From the NCBI RefSeq assembly GCF_006345805.1, contig NC_043001.1, forward strand, positions 135,656,001 through 135,720,000: a stretch of DNA of 64,000 nucleotides, given 5' to 3'. The position numbers and the translations under genes were made by a program. Of this stretch, positions 1 through 10,828 are shown in pieces (positions within the stretch are counted from its first letter, which is position 1; each line of letters begins with the position of its first letter). A model generated the notes under the pieces. That model was not told the DNA's origin. It saw nothing but the letters and a program-made list of their open reading frames with translations, and searched no databases. The DNA comes from Octopus sinensis (lineage: Eukaryota).

Positions 1-660
1 AGGCGTAGGAGTGGCTGTGTAGGCATAGGAGTGGCTGTGTAGGCGTAGGAGTGGCTGTGTAGGCGTAGGAGTGGCTGTGTAGGCGTAGGAGTGGCTGTGT
101 AGGCGTAGGAGTGGTTGTGTAGGCGTAGGAGTGGCTGTGTAGGCGTAGGAGTAGCTGTGTAGGTGTAGGAGTGGCTGTGTAGGCGTAGGAGTGGTTGAGT
201 AGGCGTAGGAGTGGTTGTGTAGGCGTAGGAGTGGCTGTGTAGGCGTAGGAGTGGCTGTGTATGCATAGGAGTGGCTGTGTAGGTGTAGGAGTAGCTGTGT
301 AGGCGTAGGAGTGGCTGTGTAGGCGTAGGAGTGGCTGTGTAGGCGTAGGAGTGGCTATGTAGGCGTAGGAGTGGCTGTGTAAGCGTAGGAGTGGCTGTGT
401 AAGCGTAGGAGTGGCTGTGTAGGCGTAGGAGTGGCTGTGTAGATGTAGGAGTGGCTGTGTAGGCACAGGAGTGGCTGTGTAGGCATGGTAGTGGCTTTGT
501 AGGCATAGAAGTGGCTGTGTAGGCATAGAAGTGGCTGTGTAGGCAATGGAGTGGCTGTGTAGGCATAGGAGTGGCTGTGTAGGCATAGGAGTGGCTGTGT
601 AGGCGTAGGAGTGGCTGTGTAGGCGTAGGAGTGGCTGAGTAGGCTTAGGAGTGGCTGTGT
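1..660 (+). repeat. 20-bp minisatellite (AGGCGTAGGAGTGGCTGTGT)n, 33 units visible, derived from the 5' end of the adjacent SINE
   Basis: Exact 20-bp periodicity from base 1. The unit matches the first 20 nt of SINE family A (compare 12000 and 56119) and runs without a gap into the SINE at 661. Truncated by the window start. Confidence 0.97.
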
Positions 661-1056
661 AGGTGTAGGAGTGGCTGTGTGGTAAATAGCTTGCTTATGA
701 ACCACACAGTTCCAGGTTCAGTCCCACTGTGTGGCACCTTGGGCAAGTGTCTCCTACTATAGTCTTGTGCCGACCAAAGCCTTGTGAGTGGATTTGGCTG
801 ATGGAAACTGAAAGAAGTCTGTTGTATATATGTATGTGTGTGTATATGTTTGTATGTCTGTGTTTGTCTCCCCAACATCGCTTGACAACTGATGCTGGTG
901 TGCTTACGTCCCTGTCACTTAGCTGTTCAGCGAAAGAGACCGATAGAATAAGTACTAGGCTTACAAAGAATAAGTCCTGGGGTCACTTTTGCTTGACTAA
1001 AGGCGGTGCTCCAGCATGGCCACAGTCAAATGACTGAAACAAGTAAAAGAGTTAAG
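661..1056 (+). mobile_element. tRNA-derived SINE family A (CORE-like central domain, internal TA/TG microsatellite)
   Basis: A-box-like TGGCTGTGTGG, B-box-like GGTTCAGTCCC, CCTTGGGCAAGTGTCT core, 3' end TGACTGAAACAAGTAAAAGAG; more than 10 homologous copies in the window. Confidence 0.9.
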
Positions 1057-1301
1057 AGAGAGATGCACAACAAAGAATCTACAAAAGCTAATAGTGGACA
1101 GAGAATCATGGTGAAAGCATTGTGAGATGTATCTTGGTTGTGACTGCTTGAAGATGATGGTCGTTTCTGCAAGGAATTTATATACTTAACTTTTTTCAAG
1201 TATTGAGTACTATACTTTTAGTTTGTGGATAGGATACTCTTGTTCTTATGAATAATATTGTGTATGTATGCATCTATGTGCATGTGTGTGTGTGTATATA
1301 T

Positions 1302-1614
1302 ATCACCGTGATCACCGTGACCGACCAGGCCATCAGATGTTGTTACACATCACTGGTCACAATGCGCTTTGCATTGTTTTAGCCTTCAAATGACGCCACC
1401 CCGCTGGCTAAGCGAGCAGGCCAACAGAAGAAAGAGTGAGAGAAAGTTGTGGCGAAAGAGTACAGCCGGGATCACCACTACCCCCTGCCGGAGCCTCGTG
1501 GAGCTTTAGGTGTTTTCGCTCAATAAACACTCACAACGCCCGGTCTGGGAATCGAAACCGCGATCCTACGACCGCGAGTCCGCTGCCCTAACCAGTAGGC
1601 CATTGCGCCTCCAC
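1302..1614 (-). mobile_element. tRNA-derived SINE family C (tRNA-Arg-like head), tail type 1
   Basis: Minus strand starts GTGGAGGCGCAATGGCCTACTGGTTAGGGCAGCGGACTCGCGGTC...GGTTTCGATTCCC (A/B boxes, TCG in the anticodon-like loop); homologous to 3008-3300 and 51236-51615. Confidence 0.9.
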
Positions 1615-1849
1615 AGTATATATATATATATATATATATATATGTAAATATATGCACACACCAATTACACAGGTACATGTAGTCTTCACATGTGCATGCA
1701 CAAAAACACTCATGCATGCACATATGCTCAAATACACACACACACACACACACACAGTGGTTTAAACAGCAGCATATTTATTTTTATATTATTTTGTGTG
1801 TGAATGGGCATGCACGCATACTTCCACACACACACATGTGCATTTGTTT

Positions 1850-1881
<32 letters not shown>

Positions 1882-2944
1882 AATGTGTGTGTATATAAGA
1901 TATCGTATACACATTCAAAAGTTAACTGGTTTTTTTTTATATTGTTTATATTTTATGATAACACACAAACACACGCATACACACACAACATAGAGTGACA
2001 AGACCTGTTATTCTGGCTGAATGCTCCATGTACTTTTGCCGTGTTCACACCTGATGATCAAAAAGTGTTTCAAACATAGAACACTTCCTTTAATGTTCTT
2101 CAACAAACTATTTTATATTCTTTTCAAGTGTTTTTTTTTTTTTTTTTGGTTCTATTCCTTCTCCATCCACTCCTCCCCCCTTTTAAAATAAATTTTATTT
2201 TAAGCCATATTTGAAATATAAATCAGATGTGATTGTATTCTTACATGAAGACAGCAACAATAACAACAACAAAAACCAAAACGAAATGAAAATATCAATA
2301 ATTCAATACCATTGAACTTTGGAATTAATTTCAAATTCTTTCGGCGCTTCCACCAAATTCTTGTTTTGGTGTGTTTATTTTTGACAGTGTAAGTGGCAGG
2401 CCTAACTCATCATCTGCTAAAACACAACCCAACTGGTCCTTGTTGTTGTTATTGTTGTTTAGGCTGTCAGTTCTGATTCAGCAGACCTGTGATCAAAAGC
2501 ATTCCATTATATGACCATCACAACTTTTTTCCTATATACAGGAAGTCCAAAACTACTACTACATTATTCAATGTCTTTTTCTAAGACAGTGAGTGGTATG
2601 TGATTAGAGGGAGATTTGGCTGTTACTTCATGCAAGTCAAGCAATCATGTAGGGTATCTCTTGTTAGCTTCTTACGTGGTCTTAGCAGACCTCGGTGGAG
2701 TTCATTCTGTTGCAAGTATTCAGACAAAAACATCTTTGTCCTTCCATTTCACTCATATGTATGGAGGTCATTCTTGTGGTCAGCAAGGAAGTTGAATCTG
2801 TAGAAATGTTGAGCAAGTTCAAGCAATGCAAAGAGTGAAGAATTCAGCATTTCTGGTGGGCTCATGCCTTTCACCCAAGAGTGAAAAAGACAGAGAGATG
2901 GAATGGAACTTGAAGAATGGCAGCAGTGTTTCTGCATATGCCTT

Positions 2945-3500
2945 TCATTTGCAGCTTATCATTGACATTAGTATGAAGTGCATGTATTGGCATATTTTGG
3001 TCATATTCACGTGATCACGTGACCGACCAGACCATCAGATGTTGTTACACATCGCTGGTCACAATGCGTTCGCATTGTTTTAGCCTTCGAATGACGCCAC
3101 CCCACTGGCCAAGCGAGCAGGCCAACAGAAGAAAGAGTGGTGAAAGAGTACAGCAGGGATCACCACCCCCTGCTGGAGCCTCACAGAGCTTTTAGGTGTT
3201 TTCGCTCAATAAACACACACAAAGCCCGGTCTGGGAATCGAAACCGCGATCCTGTGAATGCGAGTCCGCTGCCCTAACCACTAGACCATTGCGCCTCCAC
3301 ATTTAGGTCATATTATGTGGAGAAAATCCCTGGAGAAGGAGATCATGCTCGGAATGGTCAGTGGCAAGAGAGGAAGAGGCCAACCAAGAACCCGCTGGCT
3401 TGACACCATCAAGAGTGATACCGGAATGGACATAGCCAATCTGAAGGAAGTGGCCCAACTGACTGGAGGATACTGATCCAACGAGTAACTGAGAGTCGAC
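2945..3500 (+). mobile_element. RTE/BovB-like LINE ORF C-terminal fragment, interrupted by a SINE
   Basis: Reads YFGHI|MWRKSLEKEIMLGMVSGKRGRGQPRTRWLDTIKSDTGMDIANLKEVA, resembling the BovB C-terminus. Split by a SINE with a 14-bp TSD (ATTTTGGTCATATT 2994-3007 / ATTTAGGTCATATT 3301-3314). Confidence 0.8.
3008..3300 (-). mobile_element. tRNA-derived SINE family C, tail type 1
   Basis: Full-length homology to 1302-1614; flanked by a 14-bp TSD with one mismatch. Confidence 0.92.
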
Positions 3501-3529
3501 TTCTTCTTCTTCTTCTTCTTATTATTATT

Positions 3530-4084
3530 GAGTGAGAAAGCAGTGCATGCCATCAAGATGACACTAGGGTAAAATATACAAACCCCAGTATACCCATCAT
3601 GACTACCCGACTGATAAGGGTACACCAGGCACATACATCACAACCATATGTGCGTGACATGGTGATCTCATATCAAGATAAACAGCACATGACCTTGCAG
3701 GTGGGGCCCAGTTAGAATTTTCTTCAGGTCGAGTAGCCCATCCTGCTCAAAAGTTCCCTGAATAAGGGTTGTTTAAGGATGTTGAAAGAACCACCCATGT
3801 TTCAAGAGGTGAATTATTCAAACCCCAAAGAATCCTTCTCAACACATGGCTATGATGCTCCCCCACTACTTCTGCTCGTGATCAGAGATTCACATATCGT
3901 CAGCCACTAGGGGACATGCTCAACTGGTTAAGTTCAAACAACTGACAAGCAAATCTGTGATATTGAGCAGAATATTTGCTGTAGCCCATCTTTTATACCA
4001 AGACAAAACAATGTACATGATAACACTTGCAATCAGTTAAGATTAGAAGCCATGAGAGCCACTGCCTGGTACTGCATCAGGGCA
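3530..4084. mobile_element. Unclassified ~560-bp interspersed repeat (element X) embedded in (ATT)n
   Basis: Homologous copies at 26469-27038 and 57778-58331 (inverted) and 63144-63658; (ATT)n/(AAT)n at both ends; terminal hairpin TGCCTGG..CAGGGCA; no ORF. Confidence 0.85.
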
Positions 4085-4143
<59 letters not shown>

Positions 4144-4162
4144 TATTATTATTATTATTATT

Positions 4163-4380
4163 AAGGAAGCAAGCTGGCAGAACTGTTAGCACACCAGGCA
4201 AAAATATTTAGCAGCATTTTCTCAGTCCATAATTTTTGAGTTCAAATTCTGCCAAGGTTGACTTTGTCTTTCATCCTTTTGAGGTCGATAAATTAAATAC
4301 CAGTTGTGTACTGAGGGTCAATCTAATCACTGGCCCCCTCCTCCAAAATTTCAGGCTTTGTGCTTATAGTAGAAAGGATT
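4163..4380 (+). mobile_element. tRNA-derived SINE family B (Meta-like central domain), (TTA)n-tailed subfamily
   Basis: GAGCTGGCAGAA-type head, GAGTTCAAATTC B box, GACTTTG.CTTTCATCCTTT.GAGGTCGATAAATTAA.TACCAG domain, 3' AGTAGAAAGGA(TTA)n. Confidence 0.85.
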
Positions 4381-4418
4381 ATTATTATTATTATTATTAC
4401 ATTAATCATCATCATCAT

Positions 4419-5240
4419 CTACAGCAATAAAGGGCACAATAATGAATAAGAATTTGAAAGAGAAAAAGAATTACAAGGAAAAGGAAAAGAGGTGAAGAGT
4501 GAGGAAGAAGTAAGAGAGAAGAGGTTGAAGAAGGACAGAGAGAAAGAAGAAAATAGAAGGAAGGAAAAGCAGAACATGAGGAAGAAGAAAAGAAATAGCC
4601 GAGGAAATGAAGGATGAGGAATTGGAAGAGTAGGAGTAACAAAGAAAGGGAAAATAGGGAGAAGCAGAAGAGGAGGAGGAAGATGAAGAGAGAAGGAGAA
4701 ATGGAGGGAGAAATTATAAATCTTAGAAGAAACAGAAGAGAAAGGTAACAGTATGGATGACAATGAAGAACACTGTAAAGTGGTGGTGGTGGTGGTGATG
4801 GCAGTGATGGTGATAGTAGTAATAAAAGTGGTGGTGGTGGTGATGGCAGTGATGGTGATAGTAGTAATAAAAGTGGTGGTGGTGGTGGTGGTGACAATGG
4901 TGGCAGTAGTAGTGGTGGTAGTTTTAATAATAGTTGTAGTAATGGTGGTGGTGGGGGCAATGGTAGTGGTAGTAGTAGTGGTGGTAGGGAAATAATGGTA
5001 GTGGTAGTAGTGATGGTGGTAGTTTTAGTGATAGTAGAAGTGGTAGTAGTTTTAGTAATAGTAGTAGTAGTTGAGTAGTGGTGGTTGCAAAGGTATGGTG
5101 GTAGATTTTGTAGCAATAGTAGTGGTTGTAGATTTTCTAGTAAAGGTGGGGATAGTAATAGTTGTAGTAGTAGTAGTAGTAGTGGTATTGATAATAGTTA
5201 TTGATGGTGGTAGCAATGATGATGATGATGATGGTTTTGA
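4419..5240. repeat. Low-complexity purine-rich tract followed by degenerate (GTG/GTA/GAT)n trinucleotide repeats
   Basis: Composition seen directly; includes a ~42-bp internal duplication at 4780-4880. Confidence 0.9.
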
Positions 5241-6835
5241 TGGAGAGCAAGAAATAAGGAAGTCAATAAACTATGAAACTAGGTAAATCCAGCATAAGTG
5301 AAATAGAAAACAAAAACTCAAAAGAAAAAACCAAAAAGCAAATCAAAGGAACAACAACAACAGCAACAACAACAAAAAAGTAAAAAATTGAAACAAAACA
5401 ATTTCAATGAATCATGAGTCATTGTTGGTTTCTCAGGAACCTTTTACTTCCGTATCAATCAGCATCCCCCATCTCTCTCTACCCACCGCCTCCACGACGA
5501 CGACTGTATATGGCATCTGACTCATCCAGCGAAAGCAGTGAAATGGAAAAAACAACAAAAACAAAAACAGAAATCCATTACTCAAGCCTGAAAATGCAGT
5601 AAGGATCTTTCTCTGCCGTTTCTTTTACGATCATCAAGTGGTGTTCGACGGAATGGACACGACAGCATTTATCCGACGCTTCGTTCCAAATCCATTTTTC
5701 TGTCCCGTCACTTTCACTTTTGTTATCATCGTGGTGGGTTTTTAAGCTTTCAAAATTGACTCACTTTCTTCCTAATGTCTTAATGGTCGGTCACCGGTTT
5801 TTATGTTATTTACATACACAAGGCTCTCACTGATTGATAAAAGCTAGTATTTACTGCCATGTGAAATGTGGTGTGTTATAATGTATATTATTTATTTACC
5901 AAGCAGCTGATTGCCCATCAATCATCCGTTCTGTCTTGGAACCAATGAAGACAAATTTTTATGTCCTCAGGTGTACGACATTGATTTGTGTTTTTTTGGT
6001 GGATTAACTCCTGCAGTTGTTAATCGAGCGAAGGGGCCGTTATGAACACAGACTGTCTTACTGTTAAGGGCCATCCAGTTTTAAAATACCCTAAGAACTC
6101 AAGCAAGCAAGCATGTGTAAAATGAGAAAAAAAAAACATACATAAAAACAAAACAAAATTGTAAAGAATAAGCAAACAATCAAGCAGTGAAGATTCACTT
6201 TGATTTTGTACTTATGGCTTTCTGGTCAGCTAGGCAACTGACCACTTGGGCATGAATTTGAACCTTTCTATAATTTTCTTTCTACGCGGTAAGAAGCTTG
6301 ATTCTCAACCACATGGCTCTGAGTTCAGTCCCACTGCATGGCACTTTGGGCAAACGTCTTCTACTATAGCCTTGTGAGTGAATTTTGTAGATGTGTGTGT
6401 GTTTGTCCACCCATCACCACTTGAGAATTGGCGCTGTACCTGTAAATTAGTGGTTCAGCAAAAGATATCAATAGAATAAGTACTAGGCTTAAAAAAATAA
6501 GTCCTGGTGTAGATTTGTTTAAATAAAACTTTTCATGGCAGTGCTCCAGCATGGCTGGAGTAAAATGACTAACAAGTATGAAGATACAAGGCCTGAAATT
6601 TTGGGAAGGGAGCTAATTTATTACATAAACCCCAAATACTTGAATGGTACAGCAGTAATACCTCACTTTATGAGGACCCACTTTACGAGACCCCAGGTTT
6701 TCGACTTTTATTTTGCAAGCACAAGATCCAAATTTTGAACGAAATGCAAAAGTTTCTCCTATCATAACAAATGCTTCTGCATGTTACCGAAAAATTTATA
6801 GAGAGTGAAAAAAAGCTTCTTCTAAGTAAACAGTT

Positions 6836-7744
6836 CTAGACTTCATCATCTTCATCATTTAGTGTCTGTTGTCCATGCTGGCATGGGTTGGATGGTTTGA
6901 TTGGGCTGGTACGCTGGAAGGCTGTACCAGGATCCAGTCTGATTTGGCATGGTTTTCTATAGCTGGATGCCCTTCCTAATGCCAAACACTCCAAGAGTAT
7001 AATGGGTGCTTTATGTGCCACCAGCACAAGCACCATTTGCATGACACTGCTGTTTGCCACAACTGCGACTTTGCCCAGCTTGATGGGTCTTCTTCTCAAG
7101 CATGACATAATGCCAGAAGTTTTGGTCATTGCCTCTGTGAGGCCCAACACTTGAAAGGAGCTTGGACACTTTGCCTCCATGAGGCCCAAGGCTCAAAAGG
7201 AACTCAACCATCTTGCCTCCGTGAGGCCCGTTTGAAAGGAACTCAGCCACCTCACCTCCATGAGGCCCAACACTCAAAAGGAAATCAGCCACTTTGCCTC
7301 CATGCAGCCTAGGAGCTGTCACTTTGCCTCAATGAGGCCCAATGCTTGAAAGGAACTCAGCCACTTTGCTTTCATGAGGCACAACGTTCAAGGTTGATGT
7401 GGTTTACGTGCCACCAGCACAGGTGCACTTGGCTTGATAGGTCCCCTTAAGCAGAGTACATCGCCAAAGATCTCAGTTACTAGTCATTGCCTCTGTGAGG
7501 TTCAAAGTTTGAAGGTCATGCTTCACTGCCTCATCCCATGTCTTCCTCTACCACAGGTCCCCTCCACAGTTAGAGATTGGCACTTCTTTACACAACTGTC
7601 CTTGTCCATATGCATCACATGACCATACCAGCACAGTTGTCTCTCTTTCATACCACATTTGAATCCTCTTATGCCTAACTTTTCTCTTAAGATGCTTACA
7701 CTCTGCTGAACATGCACACTGACATTGCACATCCAGCAAAGCAA
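6836..7744 (-). mobile_element. RTE-clade LINE 3' fragment (ORF end, 3' UTR, (GAT)n-like tail)
   Basis: Minus frame MLCWMCNV...LREKLGIRG..MKERQLCWYGHVMHMDKDSCVKKCQSLTVEGTCGRGR is an RTE C-terminal motif; continues into the GGCATTAGGAAGGGCATCCAGC...AACCCATGCCAGCATGG UTR seen in many copies. Confidence 0.88.
7140..7385. repeat. 42-bp tandem repeat (~6 units) inside the RTE 3' end
   Basis: AGGCCC anchor at 7140, 7182, 7224, 7263, 7335 and AGGCAC at 7377; gives 14-aa periodicity in ORF 7011..7322. Confidence 0.9.
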
Positions 7745-9010
7745 ATAACAGTGTCTAGATTTCTTTTTTAAAAAGATCTACAAGTCTGTCTATGAGTGCT
7801 TGTGAATCAGTGATCACATCTACTAGTGAGATGGTGTGCATGAGTCTAGTGCAAGAGAAAGTGATTCAGAAAACGATAATAATATTTATAATATCTTTTA
7901 TTATAAATGATCTTGACAATCTTTTTACTTTACATAAAATATTCTTTACATTCCACTGTTGTTTTATTGCCATTTATTTACGAGTATTATGAATTTCACA
8001 AGTAAAATATTTTTCTGGGATTCAATTATGATTTACAACAATGCTACTATGGGAAATCATTGCTCTGCTTTATGAGTTTTCACTTTATGAGTGGTCTCCG
8101 CAAAAACAAATTAACCTGTATATCGAGACATTACTGTACTTGTTTTTATTGACCCCAAAAGAATGACAGGCAAAGTCAACCTCAGAATGGAAGAAATACC
8201 ACCTAAGCATTTGATCTGGCATGACATAAAACAAACATTGTGCTGACCCTTTAGGCCAGATATATTAATCTGATTGACACAGTTTGTTTAGTAAATAAAA
8301 ATTTTATTATATTTCAGAAGAAAACATGCTGTAGAGTGAGATTGAACCCAGAACTACAGAGTTTCAAACAGAACTTCTTTACCACACAGCCCCACCTGCA
8401 CCACTTAGTAGGATATTGTAAGCTGTAAAGTGGTGCAGGTAGGGCTGCTCTGGTACTATCAAAGTATAGGGCAATAATTTAAGGCTTTCTTTTTTATCGC
8501 TCATTGTGGGGTTCTTGTATGCTAGGTGAATTTAATATGATAAATGTTGTTTTGAAGTAAAAAAACAACATATGAACGGAAAAGATTAAAGTCAGATGTA
8601 AATATAGAAATGAAATATTGTGTCTGTATTGTTTGATGCCGTGTCTTACAAGAGCAATATAGCAGAAATGATAATATGGAGGAGAATGGATGAATGCATT
8701 GAAGTGTTCTGAATTTAATCAAAGAAAATCTAGAGAAATAGAGTTTCAGAATTTCTAAAATACAAAAGAAATCAGAGAACTAAGTAGTTTCCAACTTCTA
8801 GATACAAGGAAAGAAAAATAACTCTTTTCACTTTTATAGTTATAGTATGGCTTCTGTTGTTTTGTTGATATATAATTTAAACTGTTTGAGGTATATTTAT
8901 TCTTCCATGGAGTGCATTTTTGTGGTGCAGTGTGGCTGTGTGGGAAGAAGTTTGCTTTCCAACCATATAGCTGCAGGTTAAGTGCCACTGCATGGCATCA
9001 TAGGCAAGTG

Positions 9011-9413
9011 GGATCTTTTCGGTTTGAACGGCAGTTTTTAACATAATTTCTAGGTAACTAAAAAATTTTAAACTTCGTATACTGGTAGAATGTGTTTATA
9101 AAACATCTTTTTCTCTTGGCTTTATTGAGAAAATTCTATAGTTTGTAAGATATTTGTTGTTTTTTTTCTTCAATTTCTGCAATTTCAACCAATCACTGAC
9201 ATTTATTGAGGTAAAAAACATTCTGTGCCATATGAATATGTCCCTCGTTTAAGAAACAGATTGGGTTTATTTATATTTGAGAAGAAAAAAGATACCCTTC
9301 CCCTAACCCTAAAACAGATTGAAATGTAATAGATTGATACTAGGGTCATAATTATGGGTGACAATTTCATATGACACCGCTAGAAAAAACTGCCATTCAA
9401 ACCGAAAAGATCC
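9011..9413. mobile_element. MITE with 28-bp TIRs and 8-bp TSD, probably Merlin-like
   Basis: TIR GGATCTTTTCGGTTTGAACGGCAGTTTT / AAAACTGCCATTCAAACCGAAAAGATCC; TSD GGCAAGTG at 9003-9010 and 9414-9421; inserted in the core of a family A SINE. Confidence 0.88.
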
Positions 9414-9899
9414 GGCAAGTGTTGTCTATTATAGCCCTGGGTTGATCTAAATCCTAGTGAGTGGATTTGGTAAACATAAACTGAAAGCTGTTCATTGAAT
9501 ATATAAAATATCACCATCATCAGTTAATGTCCGTTTTCTATGCTGGCATGGGTTGGACAAATATCTATGAATATATCGATATGTATGTGAGTGTGGGTGG
9601 AGTTTGTGTTTATGTTTCTCCCCCACCAATGCTTAACCACTGGTTTGTTGACATCCCCACTTTGGCTTTGACAAAAGGGACTAATAAAATAAGTAGCAGG
9701 CTTAAAAAATGCAATAAAACCCTTCAAGGCAGTGCCTCAGCATTGCGAAAGTCCCATGATGAAAACAAGTTAAACATAAAAGATATGCTTCAAATACTAG
9801 TAACTGAGTGGAAGCCTCTATGAGGACGATTGGTACGCAAGAAACAGGAGCCAAATCTCTTTCAAATAAAACCCTGTTGTCTTAATAATAATAATAATA

Positions 9900-10112
9900 A
9901 TGGTTTCAAATTTTGGCACAAGGTCAGTAATTTCGGGAGAGGAGATTATTTGATTACATTGACCCCAGTGCACAGTTAGTACTTATTTTCTGACCTCAAA
10001 ATGATGAAAGACAAAGTCAACCTTGGCAGAATTTGAACTCAGAATGCAATGACGGATGAAATGCTGCTAAGCATTTTGCCTGACATGCTAACGATTCACC
10101 CAGCTTGTCCCC

Positions 10113-10169
<57 letters not shown>

Positions 10170-10350
10170 GTTTCAAATCTTGGTGGTGGTGGGGGAGAAA
10201 AGTTGATTACATTGACTCCTGTACTCAACTGGTACTTATTTTATTGACCTTGAGAGGATGAAAAGCAAAGTCAACCTCAGCAGAACTTGAATTCAGAATG
10301 CCAAGATGGATGAAATACCACTAAGCATTTTGCCCGGCCTGCTAACGATT
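9900..10350 (-). mobile_element. Two head-to-tail family B SINEs separated by (AAT)n
   Basis: Two copies of the reverse-complemented family B body with a long (AAT)n run at about 10114-10168 between them. Confidence 0.82.
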
Positions 10351-10421
10351 TTGCCCTAAATAAAAATAATAATTATTCTTAAAAATCATGTTTACCTGTA
10401 AAAGTCTTGTAAGTTTAATAT

Positions 10422-10828
10422 ACTCTTTTGCTCTTTTACTTGTTTCAGTCATTTGACTGTGGCCATGCTGGAGCACTGGCTTTAGTCGAGCAAATCGACC
10501 CCAGGACTTATTTGTTGGAAGCCTAGTACATATTCTATCAGTGTCTTTTGCCAAACCACTAAGTTATGGGAATGTAGACATACCACCATTGGCTGTCAAG
10601 CGATGTTGGGGGTGACAAATACAGACACACAAACATATACACACACATACATATATATATATACATATATACGATGGGCTTCTTTCATTTTCCATCTACC
10701 AAATCCACTCACAAGGCTTTGGTTGGCCCGAGGATATAGTAGAAGACACTTGCCCAAGGTGCCACACAGTGGGAATGAACCGGGAATCATGTGGTTGGTA
10801 AGCAAGCTACTTATCACACAGCCACTAC
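10422..10828 (-). mobile_element. Family A SINE flanked by a ~70-bp direct duplication
   Basis: Full-length reverse copy; 10352-10421 is repeated at 10829-10902. Confidence 0.9.

Larger units (their letters stand above)
6650..8136. mobile_element. pogo/Tigger-like non-autonomous DNA transposon with nested RTE insertion, itself splitting a family B SINE
   Basis: Left end CAG(CAG)TAATACCTC, right end GAGACATTACTG, TA on both sides. The host SINE resumes at 8137 (TACTTGTTTTTATTGACCCC) where it stops at 6649. Confidence 0.7.

Noticed and set aside
355-705. 116-aa ORF with TATPTPTQPLL repeats
   Set aside because: Reverse translation of the 20-bp minisatellite.
1540-1614. tRNA gene calls for SINE heads (also 3240-3300, 51236-51310 and the heads of families A and B)
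   Set aside because: A/B boxes are present, but the sequence continues into repeat bodies and lacks a closed acceptor stem; these are SINE heads.
2670-2800. Minus-strand exon-like segment with good acceptor and GTAAGA donor
   Set aside because: All three frames contain a stop before the donor; a terminal-exon reading (…NSTEVC*) has no support.
4415-5116. 233-aa Pro/Leu/Thr-rich ORF
   Set aside because: Low-complexity trinucleotide and purine tracts; no recognisable protein.
9301-9312. CCCTAA telomere-like repeat
   Set aside because: Only two units, inside a MITE.
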